A stretch of DNA of 64,000 bases from Octopus sinensis (lineage: Eukaryota): NCBI RefSeq assembly GCF_006345805.1, contig NC_043004.1, positions 80,538,001-80,602,000 on the forward strand. Reading direction: 5' to 3'. The notes under the pieces were generated by a model, which was not told the DNA's origin, searched no databases, and saw nothing but the letters and a program-made list of their open reading frames with translations. The translations under genes and the position numbers were made by a program. The first letter of the stretch is position 1, and every line of letters begins with the position of its first letter. Below are positions 1 through 13,398 of this stretch, piece by piece.

Positions 1-228
1 TGTAAAAGGATTTGAGCGAGGTCGTTGCCAGTGCTGCCTGACAGGCCCTCATTTCGGTGTCACGTAAAAGCACCCACTACACTCTCAGAATGGTTGGCGC
101 TAGGAAGGGCATCTAGCTGTAGAAACTGCCAGATCAAGATTGAAGCCTGGTGCAGCCATCTGGTTCGCCAGCCCTCAGTCAAATCGTCCAACACATGGAA
201 AGCGGATGTTAAAAGATGATGACGATGA
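1..228 (+). mobile_element. 3' UTR/tail fragment of the RTE-clade LINE family
   Basis: cacgtaaaagcacccactac...ggaagggcatc...ggaaagcggatgttaaaagatgatga matches the 3' end of the RTE copy at 9091-10070. Confidence 0.75.
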
Positions 229-334
229 TAATCTCTGTTGAAATACAGTCTCGTTATTGCAATTAATTTTGAAACTAATGAAGAATTTGGTGAAATATCT
301 TTGTCGTTATTAAACTGGTGTTTAGAACATAAAT

Positions 335-722
335 TTGGCTGTGTGGTAAGTAGCTTGCTAACCAACCACATGGTTGCGGGTTCAGTCCCACTGCGTGGCA
401 TCTTGGGCAAGTGTCTTCTGCTATAGCCCCGGGCCGACCAATGCCTTGTGAGTGGATTTGGTAGAGGGAAACTGAAAGAAGCCTGTCGTATATATGTATA
501 TATATATATGTGTGTGTGTTTGTGTGTCTGTGTTTGTTCCCCCTAGCATTGCTTGACAACCAATGCTGGTGTGTTTACGTCCCCGTCACTTAGCGGTTTG
601 GCAAAAGAGACCGATAGAATAAGTACTGGGCTTACAAAGAATAAGTCCCGGGGTCGATTTGCTCGACTAAAGGCGGTGCTCCAGCATGGCCGCAGTCAAA
701 TGACTGAAACAAGTAAAAGAGT
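335..722 (+). mobile_element. tRNA-derived CORE-type SINE (family A), near full length
   Basis: Head ggctgtgtggtaag...gggttcagtccc (A/B-box-like), CORE-like ttgggcaagtgtctt, internal (TA)/(TG) run, tail actgaaacaagtaaaaga. Many copies in the window. It interrupts another repeat (about 231-334 and 725-760; second copy about 761-960). Confidence 0.8.
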
Positions 723-1097
723 ATCAAATTTTGATTGAAGGTTTTTAATTTAGATCACGTTAATCCCTTTGTTTCCATATTTCTGTTAAGACACTCTGCC
801 GTTTTGCAATTAATTTTTGAAATAACGAAGAATTTAGTAAAATAATTTTGTCATGATTAATTACGCTGGTGTTTAGAAACTAAATAAACTTGAAAATTTT
901 GATGGAAGGTTTTAATTTAAGATTACTTTAAAACAGGAAGTTTGTATCGTGGAAACATACAGAATGGTTGGCACTAATGAGGCTGGCACATAACTTTCAA
1001 GATAAAAAAAAAAGTCGCCTCAGCTGAATGGAGAGCAGGGGGTAGAGAAAGAGAGAGAGGGAGAAATGGCTTTTTGCCAAGTGTTGTGAGGTTAAAA

Positions 1098-1496
1098 TCT
1101 CTCTATATATATATATAAAGCTAAAGTTGTCTGTGTATGGTAGGTGTGGTAGCCTTCATCTAACACTATCCCCTCCGAGACCCTGCAGTGTAAGTTGACC
1201 AAAATTGAGAGTATGATAGAAGAAGGCTTGCTCTTCATTCTGTAGAAGAAAGAACTTCAAATCGGACCATGTTAACACAAAAAATTATTTACATCAAAAA
1301 GGTGCTTTTTTTTTTTTCTATGAAAATCCCTATTTTTTAGGATTTTTTGACTGCTGTGTTACCATTTTTTGGTGTATTTCAACCAGAAAAATGTTCACTT
1401 AAAGGGAAAGCTACATAATGCAAAATTTTTACTTTTCAAAGATTCCAATTCTAAAGGGTCGAAACAAACCTGAGCAACGCCGGGCGATACTGATAG
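1098..1496 (+). mobile_element. Non-autonomous Helitron-like element
   Basis: Starts A|TC-tctctatatatataaag. Ends with a GC-rich subterminal hairpin (cctgagcaacgccggg) and ATAG|T, one mismatch from CTAG|T. No TSD. Confidence 0.6.
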
Positions 1497-2549
1497 TTTA
1501 TGATAGAGGGGCGGACACAGGTGTCTTCTTGTAGAGAAGATACATGGCTACTTTGCATTATATATGACGAGGCGACTGCAAGCGAAAAAAAACCAGCAAC
1601 AAAGTAATATAGAGAGATTAAATGTCCACAGCATAATCTCATGTGCAATGCGACATGTCATGTGCTGTTCTAGAGAAGAGAGAGGTGGTGGGGTGCCGTG
1701 TGTGTGTGTGTGTGTGTATGTATTTCGGACTCATTTCCTCAAGTACAAACGCTTCACGGTCATATCACTTCGCACCAAAATAACTTCAAGAGGAAAAAAA
1801 AAAAACTTCTTGGATTATATAGCTGCTTCCTTATCTTGCTTACATTTTTACCATTTCTTGTTATCAAGGTTGGTGCTAGTTGTTTTTTGCGATGAAGTTG
1901 TCAAAACAGTTTCTGATCGGTTTTAAGATTTCCTGCCCTCTCGTATTACAAATGATGGAGACTAAGCTTTGGGCAGCAGATTCAAAAACCGAAACAAAAT
2001 TTGGTGGCGGGGCGGGGGGTGGGGTTATTCTTCCAGTTTTTTTTTTTTTTTTTTTTATTCCTACCATAAGCTTTTTGATTTATAGATTTCAAATTTTTCT
2101 CTTTTTTCCCAAAAAATATATTTATTTACATAGTTGTACTGAACTAACTGATATTGGGTGTATAAGTATATAGCTTACTGTAATTACAGTCGTAATTTAA
2201 ATGCCTTAACTATGATGCCTGTAACCAATCCTCTATCTTGCTTATATATGTATATATATATATATATATCTGTGTGTGTGTGTATGCATATGTATGTAGT
2301 ATATATGTAATGTATAATATATATATATGTGTGTGTATATGTAATTTGCGTGGGTGTGTATATATATATATATATATATACATATCATCGTCCGCCTTCC
2401 ATGCTGGCATGATGTAATATATATATGTGTATGTGTGTGTATATACTTGTGTATGTATGCACATGTAATATATACATGTAGGATATATATATATATCATC
2501 ATCATCATCATCATCATCGTTTAGCGTCCGTTTTCCATGCTAGCATGGG

Positions 2550-2582
<33 letters not shown>

Positions 2583-2605
2583 GTGTGTGTGTGTGTGTGT
2601 GTGTA

Positions 2606-4877
2606 ATGTGAGTATTCATTTACTTTAAACGTTCCTTGGTAGACTCTCTTCCAGTAATCTGGTACCCATAATTTACCATTTCTCCTCTTCAGTCTGGTGC
2701 TGAAGAGGAGCTGTGCTCCTATCTTGTTACTTTAATTAACCAATGTTCAGTTATACTTGCAATTAGTTTAACAGATTCTAAGTAATTAGTTCCATTTTAA
2801 TTATTCTCAACTACATCTAACTATTAATCTAGTTTACCACTGAGATTGACTTCCTGTTTGTGAAACTCTAAATAGTCCAGCCATAACCACCACCACTGCT
2901 AAGATATTTGTATTTATTTTAAGTTCTTTTTCACTATAATTTCTCTTATTCAGATTTGAAATTTCTTTTACATTACACTAAAGTAACAAAACTTAAATAT
3001 ATGCTGTAGGGTTGTGTAATATATGCAAAGGAATAATGGGCCATGAAATATAAGCCACAGAGATAGTAGGCTGTGAAATATATGCCACTGAGATATTGGG
3101 TTGTGAAATATATGCCCTTGGGATAGTGTGCTGTGAAATATAAGCCACAGAGATATTGGGGCTGTGAAATATATGCTTCAGGGATATTGGGCTGTGAAAT
3201 ATATGCTTCAGGGATATTGGGCTGTGAAATATATGCTTCAGGGATATTGGGCTGTGAAATATATGCTTCAGGGATATTGGGCTGTGAAATATATGCCACA
3301 GGGATAGTGGGCCATAAAGTATATGTCATTTGGATAGTAGTGGACTGTGGAATATATGCCATGGGGATAGTGGGCTGTGAAATATATGCAGCAAGGACAA
3401 TGGGCTGTGAAGTAAGTATGGCAAGGTAAGTGGACTGACTGTGAGATATATGTAGCAGAGAAAAATGTGCCATGAAATATATGCACAAAGGACAATAGGC
3501 TGTGGAATATGTGCATCAAAGACAATGAAATGTGACATATGTGCAAAGAGATAATGGGCTTTGAAATATGCCGGAAGAACAGAGGGCTGTGAAATACATG
3601 CAAAAGAGACAATAGATTGTGAATGAAATATATGCAGTAGGTACGTTGAGGAAATCTTATATTCACACATGGACGTATGCACAATACACACACATGTATA
3701 AAGGTGCTTAAAATTCTAGTTTCTGATGTTGAACAGAAATAGACTGACGTGTCAATAATGTATGAGTACATGTGTGTGTGTGTGTGTGTATGTGAGTATT
3801 CATTTACTTTAAACGTTCCTTGGTAGACTCTCTTCCAGTAATCTGGTACCCATAATTTACCATTTCTCCTCTTCAGTCTGGTGCTGAAGAGGAGCTGTGC
3901 TCCTATCTTGTTACTTTAATTAACCAATGTTCAGTTATACTTGCAATTAGTTTAACAGATTCTAAGTAATTAGTTTCCATTTTAATTATTCTCAACTACA
4001 TCTAACTATTAATCTAGTTTACCACTGAGATTGACTTCCTGTTTGTGAAACTCTAAATAGTCCAGCCATAACCACCACCACTGCTAAGATATTTGTATTT
4101 ATTTTAAGTTCTTTTTCACTATAATTTCTCTTATTCAGATTTGAAATTTCTTTTACATTACACTAAAGTAACAAAACTTAAATATATGCTGTAGGGTTGT
4201 GTAATATATGCCAAAGGAATAATGGGCCATGAAATATAAGCCACAGAGATAGTAGGCTGTGAAATATATGCCACTGAGATATTGGGTTGTGAAATATATG
4301 CCCTTGGGATTGAGTGCTGTGAAATATAAGCCACAGGGATATTGGGGCTGTGAAAGGGATATTGGGCTGTGAAATATATGCTTCAGGGATATTGGGCTGT
4401 GAAATATATGCCACAGGGATAGTGGGCCATAAAGTATATGTCATTTGGATAGTAGTGGACTGTGGAATATATGCCATGGGGATAGTGGGCTGTGAAATAT
4501 ATGCAGCAAGGACAATGGGCTGTGAAGTAAGTATGGCAAGGTAAATGGACTGACTGTGAGATATATGTAGCAGAGAAAAATGTGCCATGAAATATATGCA
4601 CAAAGGACAATAGGCTGTGGAATATGTGCATCAAAGACAATGAAATGTGACATATGTGCAAAGAGATAATGGGCTTTGAAATATGCCGGAAGAACAGAGG
4701 GCTGTGAAATACATGCAAAAGAGACAATAGATTGTGAAATATATGCAGTAGGTACGTTGAGGAAATCTTATATTCACACATGGACGTATGCACAATACAC
4801 ACACATGTATAAAGGTGCTTAAAATTCTAGTTTCTGATGTTGAACAGAAATAGACTGACGTGTCAATAATGTATGAG

Positions 4878-4907
<30 letters not shown>
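2606..4907. repeat. Tandem duplication of a ~1.15-kb unit (2606-3789, 3790-~4907)
   Basis: Both units start atgtgagtattcatttactttaaacg and end gtcaataatgtatgagtaca(tg)n. They are near-identical except for minisatellite copy number and a few SNPs/indels. Confidence 0.92.
3000..3640. repeat. 30-bp minisatellite (gggatattgggctgtgaaatatatgcttca), second array about 4180-4750
   Basis: Near-perfect units 3151-3300, diverging outward. Explains the ISQPNIPEAY pseudo-ORFs. Confidence 0.9.
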
Positions 4908-4908
<1 letters not shown>

Positions 4909-4949
4909 ACATATATGTAGATGTATGGATGTAGGTGCATGTCTGTGGA

Positions 4950-4989
<40 letters not shown>

Positions 4990-4990
<1 letters not shown>

Positions 4991-5245
4991 GCATGGCTGT
5001 GTGGTAAGAAGCCTGCTTCCCAACCACATGGTTCTGGGTTCAGTCCCACTGTATGGTACCTTTGGCAAGTGTCTTCTACCATAGCCCCGGGCTAACCAAA
5101 GCCTTGTAAGTAGATTTGGTAGACGGAAACTGAAAGAAGCCTGTCGTGTGTATAAGGTCCTAGGCTTACAAAGAAGTCCTGAGGTCGAATTGTTCGGCTA
5201 AAGGTGGTGCACCAGCATGACCACAGTCACATGACTGAAACAAAT
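4990..5245 (+). mobile_element. SINE family A copy with internal deletion
   Basis: ggcatggctgtgtggtaagaag...ggttcagtccc...ttggcaagtgtctt...gactgaaac. Confidence 0.75.
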
Positions 5246-5691
5246 TAACGAATAAATGAATATGTGTGTATAGTCTAATTCCTGTAATAAATCTTCGCAT
5301 ACAGAACGCTCTTTGTTTGCGGTAGCAGTATCCATAACATCCTGATTACTTTTCCACACACACACACACACATGCAGGTGCTCTAGTGATAACAAATGAG
5401 AGAAAATGTACACAGCGCCTGAGTATAAATGATTCTGTCAGCTGAAGTCATTTGGCTGAAGCTCTAATTTTCCATGTGCAAACACCTCTCTTCTGTCAGT
5501 TACTGTGGGATTGCAAAACATTCACATCTAACAGAAAGTCTTTTATTTATTGTCAGTGTTTTCCATTCCATCATACATGACTGAAGAAACCTGTTGTCAT
5601 TACCAGTGGAAACTTAATGTTTGGGCCTAATGGCTTCGGCTGACTATTAAATGATTACATGTATGTAAATATATATGTGTGTATGTGTATA

Positions 5692-5742
<51 letters not shown>

Positions 5743-6671
5743 GTGTGTGTTTATAAATACGCTATCAATTTATGTTTGTTATTTCATGCTGCTGTGCGCT
5801 GGACATATCTTGTATATTTGAGCGTATCTTCATTTGCTGTAGTCTTTTGTCACCTGATACAATCTTTGTTCCTGTGAATTATTGGATGGTGTGTGTGTGT
5901 GTGTGTGTGTGTGTGTCTGCATGTATCATTGCCATTGTAGTTTTAATGTTCAATCTCTCATGCTTGCATGGCTCAGGTGGAGTAGTTTGTTAAAACAAAC
6001 TTCCAACAGCTGGATGCTTTTACTGTCATTAAACCTCACTAGTTTCCGTCATCCTCGGTTAACGCCTGTTTCCCATGCTGGCATGGGTTGTTAAATGGTT
6101 TGACAGGAGCTTGTAAACCAGAAAGTTTTATCAGGTTCCAATTGTCTGTTTTGGCATGGTTTCTTTCTAACACCAACAACTGGTGCTTTATACATGGAAC
6201 CAGCATTGGTACCATCCTATACAGGTGGTACCAGCATGGTTGCTTTTATGTGGCATCCTGCAGGTGCTTTTCATGTCACACAAGCAATCAGAGTAATATT
6301 TCCTCATGTTCTGATCTTTCCAGGTCTTCATTCAACATCCCTACTCCTTTGCTGAAATGGGTTCGACGATTTGTCAGAATCCAACCGGATCCAAAGACAG
6401 CATTCTGCTGCAATGTCTGTTGTGGATCGGTTTCTGTGGCTGGATGTTCTTCCTGACATCAACCACTTTGCAGCATGTACCGGATCCCTTTCTCATGGTA
6501 CCAACACTAGGGCGGTCATCAAGTAACTTATAAGACTGGAATCTCTATGACCAAGTGGGGGCTACAATAGGAAGGGAATGGTATGGCGGGAGAGGTTAAA
6601 GAGCGAAGATCAGCAATTGGACACTTATTTACAACTTCATGATATCAAGACAAGGATTCACACAATATATA

Positions 6672-7220
6672 CGAGGGTGAGTCAAAAAGTAATGCCATTT
6701 TGTTTAGGACAGGTATAATTACCAACACAGGAACATGTATCATACATCAAAATGAAGCTGGTCCTCCGTGGATCACACCCCTACTTCACAACATAGTCAC
6801 CGTTTCTCTCAATAGCAACGTTCCACCTTCGAATGAGAGCATGTAACCTTGCCCTGTAAAATTCTGTTGACTGTCCTTTGAGCCACTTCTTCACTATAAA
6901 GTCAAAGAGACAACACCTTCTTTCGAAGGCTCGTAACAGGTGATGAAACATGGGTTCATCATTATGAACTGGAATCAAAGAAGCAGTCTATGGAATGGCG
7001 CCACTCTACATCACCACAACCGAAAAAGGTCAAGACGCAAAAGTCAGCAGGAAAAATCATGGCAACTGTCTTTTGGGATGCTCAAGGTGTCATTTTGGTC
7101 AATTTCTTGCCAAAAGGAATAAACTCATAATAAGCTTCATTTTGATGCATGATTCATGTTCCTGTCTTGGTAATTATACCTGTCCTAAACAAAATGGCAT
7201 TAGTTTTTGACTCACCCTCG
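6672..7220. mobile_element. Rearranged non-autonomous mariner element
   Basis: TA on both sides; ~88-bp inverted repeats (6672-6759 / 7133-7220). Plus strand 6903-7130 gives LVTGDETWVHHY...SAGKIMATVFWD; minus strand 6781-6900 gives the C-terminus ...RRWNVAIERNGDYVVK*. Confidence 0.92.
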
Positions 7221-7803
7221 TATATATGCTTTAAAGTTTGGCAAAAGAGACCAATAGAATAAGTACTAGGTTTAAAAAGAATAAGTAAGTCCTGGGGTGG
7301 TTTTGTTGTTGTGCGTGTGTTTGTGTGTGCAATATTTCCTGCTGTTACCCATGGTGGTAAAAGTACCCTTCCGGAGTACCCTTCCGAAGTTACCCATCAT
7401 TTGACAAGTAACACGCAAGCTACTGTAAGAAAGAGAAAATCTGATTGCTTGGACTGGGGGCCCTTTTAAGTATATGAAGTAGGCTGCTGCACACATGAGA
7501 GCCTCACTCATAGAAAGTAATTAAGTCACTCTTGACCTTTGTATACAATACCACTTGACCTCCATGTATTGCATACTATTTAAAAATATAAAGAAAGATC
7601 ATAAACCTCTTGGAGTTAGAAGAGGAACTGTTAAATTCCTTCCTGCTTTCCTCGTTTGTTGTAAAAGTTATGCCCAAAACACTTCAAATTGATTTTCGTT
7701 ATCCGTAACACCTCTTTCCTCTTAATTGTTGCTATCATTTTACTTGGTCGTTTTAAAACGTTTTTAGAAACTGAACATTAATTATTACTAATTATCATCA
7801 TCT

Positions 7804-8640
7804 GTGGCAGCAAGCTAGCAGAATTGTGAACATGCTGGGTGAAATGCTTAGCGGTATTTTGTCTGTCTTCATGTTCTGAGTTCAAATTCTGCCAAAGTCA
7901 ACTTTGCTTTTCACATTTTCAGGGTTGATAAATTGAGTACCAGTTGTGTACTGGGGTTGATCTAAATGACTGGCCCAATCTCCCAAAATTTCGGGCCTTG
8001 TGCTTAGTGTAGAAAAGAATATTTTTTTTTCCTAAGGCGGTGCGCTGGCAGAACTGTTAGCACGCCGGGCGAAATGCTTAGCAGTATTTTGTCTGCCACT
8101 ACAGTCTGAGTTCAAATTCCGCCGAGGTCGACTTTGCCTTTCATCCTTTCGGGGTTGATTAAATAAGTACCAGTTACACACTGGGGTCGATATAATCGAC
8201 TTAATCCGTTTGTCTGTCCTTGTGTGTCCTCTCTGTGTTTAGCCCCTTGTGGGTAGTAAAGAAATAGGTATTTTGTATGCTGCTACGTTCTGAATTCAAA
8301 TTCCGCCGAGGTCAACTTTGCCTTTTATCCTTTTGGGGTCAATAAATTAAGTACTAGTTGTGTACTGGGGTCGATCTAATCGACTGGCCCTCTTCTCAAA
8401 AATTTTGGGCCTAGAAACGAATAAACAGACATGTATAAGGTGGCTGGCTGGCAGAACTGTTAACACACTGAGTGACATGCTTAGCGGTATTTACATTATG
8501 AGTTCAAATTCTGCCAAGATTAACTTTACCTTCCATCCATTCAGGGTTGATAAAATAATTACCAGTTATGCAGTGGGGTCCATGTAATTGACTATTTCGT
8601 TTCCCCACAAAATTGCTGGCCTGTGCTAAAATTTGAAATC
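7804..8640 (+). mobile_element. Cluster of tRNA-derived SINE family B copies
   Basis: Repeated gagctggcagaa..gttagc...gagttcaaattccgccgaggtcgactttgcctttcatcctttcggggtcgataaa..aagtaccag, at about 7804, 8035, 8267 and 8440. Confidence 0.8.
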
Positions 8641-9090
8641 AATATATTGGCACCATACATCATCATCATCATCGTCACCATCGTTTAATGTCTGCTTTCC
8701 ATGCTGGCATGGGTTGGATGGCTTGAGTGCAGACTGGCAAGCTAGGAGGTGGCACCAGGCTCCAATCTGATCTGGCAAGGCTTCAACAGCTGGATGCTCT
8801 TCCTAATGCTAGGGAGATTTTCTTCTTCATCATCATCGCTTAACGTCTGCTTTCCATGCTAGCATGGGTTGGATGATTTTGACTGGGGGCTGGCGAACCA
8901 AGTGGCTGCACCAGGCTCCAATCTTGATTTGGCAGAGTTTCTACAGCTGGATGCCCTTCCTAACGCCAACCACTCCGAGAAATAGCTAGTTTTTTTTGGC
9001 TGCTATTTCTAAATTTCAGTATGTGGTGAAGCAAATTTTTTTGCTGAACCCTAATTATAATTATGCTCATAATTATAAAATTATATATCC

Positions 9091-10070
9091 GTGACTGCTG
9101 AGGATATGCGTAAGCTCGCTAGAAATGAAGCCAGTATGCTCCGATGGATGTGTAATGCCGGTACTCACACTCGGCAGAGTGTAAGTACCTTGAGAGAAAA
9201 GCTGGACCTAAGACGCATCAGTTGTGGTGTGCAAGAGAGACGTTTGCGCTGGTATGGTCATGTGGCGAGAATGGATGAAGATAGTTTTGTGTGAAAAAGT
9301 GCCACACCCTAGCGGTTGAGGGAACCTGTGGAAGAGGCAGACCCAGGAAAACCTGGGACGAGGTGGTGAAGCACGACCTTCGAACTTTAGGTCTCACTGA
9401 GGAAATGACTAGAGACCGAGACCTCTGGAAGTGTGCTGTGCGCGAGAAGACCCGGCAGGACAAGTGAGTCCACAACCCGTGGCCTTCTACATGGGATGGA
9501 GCCAGCCTACGTATGCATACATTCCCTTCTTGGGACACAAAACTCTACTTGTGAAGACGTGTTGAGGCAAGTGAGGATCAGAATCGAAATCGATCAATGG
9601 AAATTGCGGATGTGCTACCAGTGCCGGTGGCATGTCGAAACTCTGCTTGGGAAGACCCATTGAGGCAAGTGAGGATCAGAATCGAAATCGATCAATGGAA
9701 ATTGCAGATGTGTTACCAGTGCCGGTGGCATGTAAGAGAACTTTCCGTTTCGCGACCGTTGCCAGCACCGCCCCGTTTCGTGTCCGTTGCCAGCCTCGCC
9801 TGGCCCTTGTGCCGGTGGCACATAAAAAGCACCATCTGTTCGTGGCCGTTTGCCAGCTCTGTCTGGCACCAGTGCGGGTGGCACGTAAAAAGCACCCACT
9901 ACACTCACGGAGTGGTTGGCGTTAGGAAGGGCATCCAGCCGTAGAAACACTGCCAGATTTGACTGGGCCTGATGAAGCATTCTGGCTTCACAGACCCCAG
10001 TAGAACCGTCCAACCCATGCTAGCATGGAAAACGGACGCTAAATGATGATGATGATGATGATGATGATGA
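9091..10070 (+). mobile_element. 5'-truncated RTE-clade LINE: ORF2 C-terminus, 3' UTR and (GAT)n tail
   Basis: MLRWMC...RRLRWYGHVARM, a frameshift near 9286, then KKCHTLAVEGTCGRGRPRKTWDEVVKHDL...DRDLWK, the typical RTE C-terminus. The UTR has a ~98-bp internal duplication (9541-9733) and ends cgctaaa(tga)n. Confidence 0.9.
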
Positions 10071-12183
10071 TATATATATAGAGACAGACAGATAGCTAGA
10101 TACATACATACATATATACAGACAGATGTAGATAAATACACTTTTGCAATGATAAAAAGCAGTCTTTGAAACACATATACAAAACAAAAGTCCATAGTTG
10201 TGACATATGTTTTGTAACGTTCACACTTGCTTAACTGCGCTGCCATTTCTGAAAGCTGGTTCGGTGTGAAATTAGCTTTGGTAGCGCTAAAAAAAGCCTG
10301 AAATTCTGTGACCTGTTGCGTTTGGCAATCTCTCACTGTTTGTGGGGAGACAGCAATGAGGTAGGTGATAACAGTGGAGTTTATAAACGTTTATAAAAGT
10401 GTCCTGGTATCTCTCTTTCTGAAATATAATCCTGGTGCAGGTTAGTAACTGTTGCGAGACATTGTCGTCATCATCGTTGCATCCATTGGACCGGTTCGGG
10501 AATATTTTCGTTAATTCTGAAATGTGTTAGCTGTGACAGAATCTTGGTTTCATTTGGTTTGTTTGTGGATGGTGGTGGTGGTGTTTATTTTGGAAGAGCG
10601 GAGGAGCGAGGGTGGTGAGTTCAAGTGAGAGGAGAAAGCTACAATGAGAGGGTGAGAGAGGGAGAGAGAGAGAGAGAGGGAAGATCTATGTAGAGAGGAA
10701 GGAGAGAGATAGGTCAGGTGGGGGTATGCTGAGAAAATACCGAAGTCTGATGAAAGAGAGGAAAGAAAGAAAATCATATGAAAGAATAAAAGAGGAGGGG
10801 GAGGTCAGGAAAAGGGAGAGAGAGATAGAGATAGAGTGAGGGGGGTTACTGAGAAAATAGTCTGGAGAGGGAGGAGAGGGAGACAGTGAGAGAGGGGGAA
10901 GGAAAAAACAAAGGGAGAGAGAGAGACAGTGAGAAGGAGAGAGAAATACTAAGAAAATACCTAAGTCTCCAGTAAGAAATTGTATTGGTTTCAAATTTCT
11001 GTACAAAGCCAGCAATTTTAGAGGAGGGGTCTATGTCTGTTACATCAACCCCCAGTACACAGCTGGTACTTTTTTATTGACCCTCCAAAAAGATGAAAGG
11101 CGGGATTTGAACTCAAACGATTCTTCCAGCCCACAGCGTGACACATGATATTGGGGATTACTTGAATTGCGAGCATTCAGTGGAGTATTACAAATAGCTT
11201 ATAGAAATGGCAAGTCAACCATGAAAGAGAGATAGTAGAGGCAATGAGGAAATGTTACATTGTCCCATCAAGCCAAACAAAATCGTGGTTGTGGCAGATA
11301 TTGGTGTCACACAAATTGGCACATAAGACCTGTTGAGGCAAGTGAAATCAAAATCAATTCCATGACTGGCATCTGTGCTAGCGGGATGCAAAGAGCACCA
11401 TACGAGTGTGATCGTTGACAGAACTGCTATTCGAGTATGAGCGTTACCAGCGTTGCCTTACTGGCACTTATGCCGGTGCTAGTAGGGTGCCAAGAGCACC
11501 ATCCAAGCGTGATCATTGCCAGAGCAGCCAACTGGCTTCCATACCTGTGGCATGTACAAGGGCACCATTCGAGCGTAATCATTACCAACGTCGCTTCACT
11601 GCACGTGTAAAAAGATTCAAGCATTAGGAAGGGCATCCAGCCATAAAAAAAAAACCCATACCAAATCATACTGGAGTCTGGTGCAGGCCTCCAGCGTACC
11701 AGCCCAGTCAAGCTGTCCAACCCATGGACAACAGACATTAAATGATAATGATAGAATCAGAAAAATGGATGGAGAGGGAACAAGGGATTCGTTCCCACTT
11801 CTCTGTTATGAAGCACATGCATTTACCTACACATGTACACACATGACAGAAGCTTTAGTCTACCAAATTCAATTACGGGACTTTGGTCAGCCGAAGGTGT
11901 CACACAAAGAGACTGAAACCACAGCCATGTGTCTGGGAAGCAAGCTTCCTGACCACACAGCCAATGAAATATAGGGGACGTGAAATAAGAATTTTTAGGG
12001 TGTTGTATAGTTGGATGCCACACCCAACCCACCTGTTGTCAAAGGATTAAGTCATTTCTAATGACATGTAGTAACATTCTGTTATGTCTAGTTTCATGTT
12101 GGAATATGTCTCACACTCTTATTTAATACCATTTTCTTCACAAACTCTTGCCACAGAGAGCACCAACTGCATATACAGATATG

Positions 12184-12217
<34 letters not shown>

Positions 12218-13009
12218 GGCATTTATGCACTTGTCCCTGTTTAGGAATTGGTTTGAAAATCCAGAAACATTTGAAGAAATGAAATTAATTCAGTTTAAGA
12301 AAATGGTAAATCATCATCATCATCATCATCATTTAGCATCTATTTTCCATGCCGACATCAGTTGGATGGTTTGAGAGGAGCTGGCAAACCAAAGAACTGC
12401 ACCAGACTCCAATTGTCAGTTTTGGCATGGTTTCTTCCGCTAGATTCCTTCCCTGACGCCAACCACTTTACAGAGTGCTCCACTGGGTGCTTTTTTTTTA
12501 CGTGGCATCAACGCCAGTGTTTTATACTTAATGCCAGCACAGGTGCTTCCTATGTGACACCAGCTCAATAGTTTTTCGTGTGGCACCAACATGGGAGCTT
12601 TTTATGTGGGACTAGCTTGGGGTGCCTTTTACGTAGTGCCAGCAAAACATTAAAAGGATTATCATCCAGGAACATTAATAAACACATCTTGAAACACCAA
12701 TTAAAACATACATGAACTAGTACACTGCATCTTGGGAAGGCAGGATATATATATGCTTGGGAGTATACAAGTGCATGTGTGTGTGTGTATACATACATAC
12801 TTATATACATGTATGATGTGTGTATAAGTGAAATAGCATGTTTGTTGTCTTTTGAAGCATATAAAAATGGTTTAGATCTTTGTAGGTTAAAAACACATCC
12901 CTCTCTTTCTGTCTCATTCATTTTCTCTCTCTCTCTCTCTCTAATATACATACATATCATCATCATCATCGTTTAACATCCGCCTTCCATGCTAACAGAT
13001 ATATATATG

Positions 13010-13107
13010 TAGTATGTATGTATGTATGTATATATGTATGTATGTATGTATATATGTATGTATGTATATATGTATGTATGTATATAGTATGTATGTATAT
13101 ATGTATG

Positions 13108-13206
<99 letters not shown>

Positions 13207-13304
13207 CTATGTATATATATATATATATTTATATATGAGAAAGGGGTGGTAAGAAGGAGCTATGTATGTAATCATATGTAGATGTGTGTGTTTGTGTGTG
13301 TATA

Positions 13305-13398
<94 letters not shown>

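Noticed and set aside
2681-2722. ctgaaga-ggagc(tgt)gctcc as a hammerhead
   Set aside because: The core 5' half and a stem II are present, but no GAAA, stem III or cleavage site follows.
2973-3488. ORFs with ISQPNIPEAY / GILGCEIYAS repeats
   Set aside because: They are translations of a 30-bp minisatellite, open on both strands, with no splice or protein-family support.
8035-8125. tRNA genes at SINE heads
   Set aside because: A/B-box-like motifs only, no cloverleaf, and always attached to SINE bodies.
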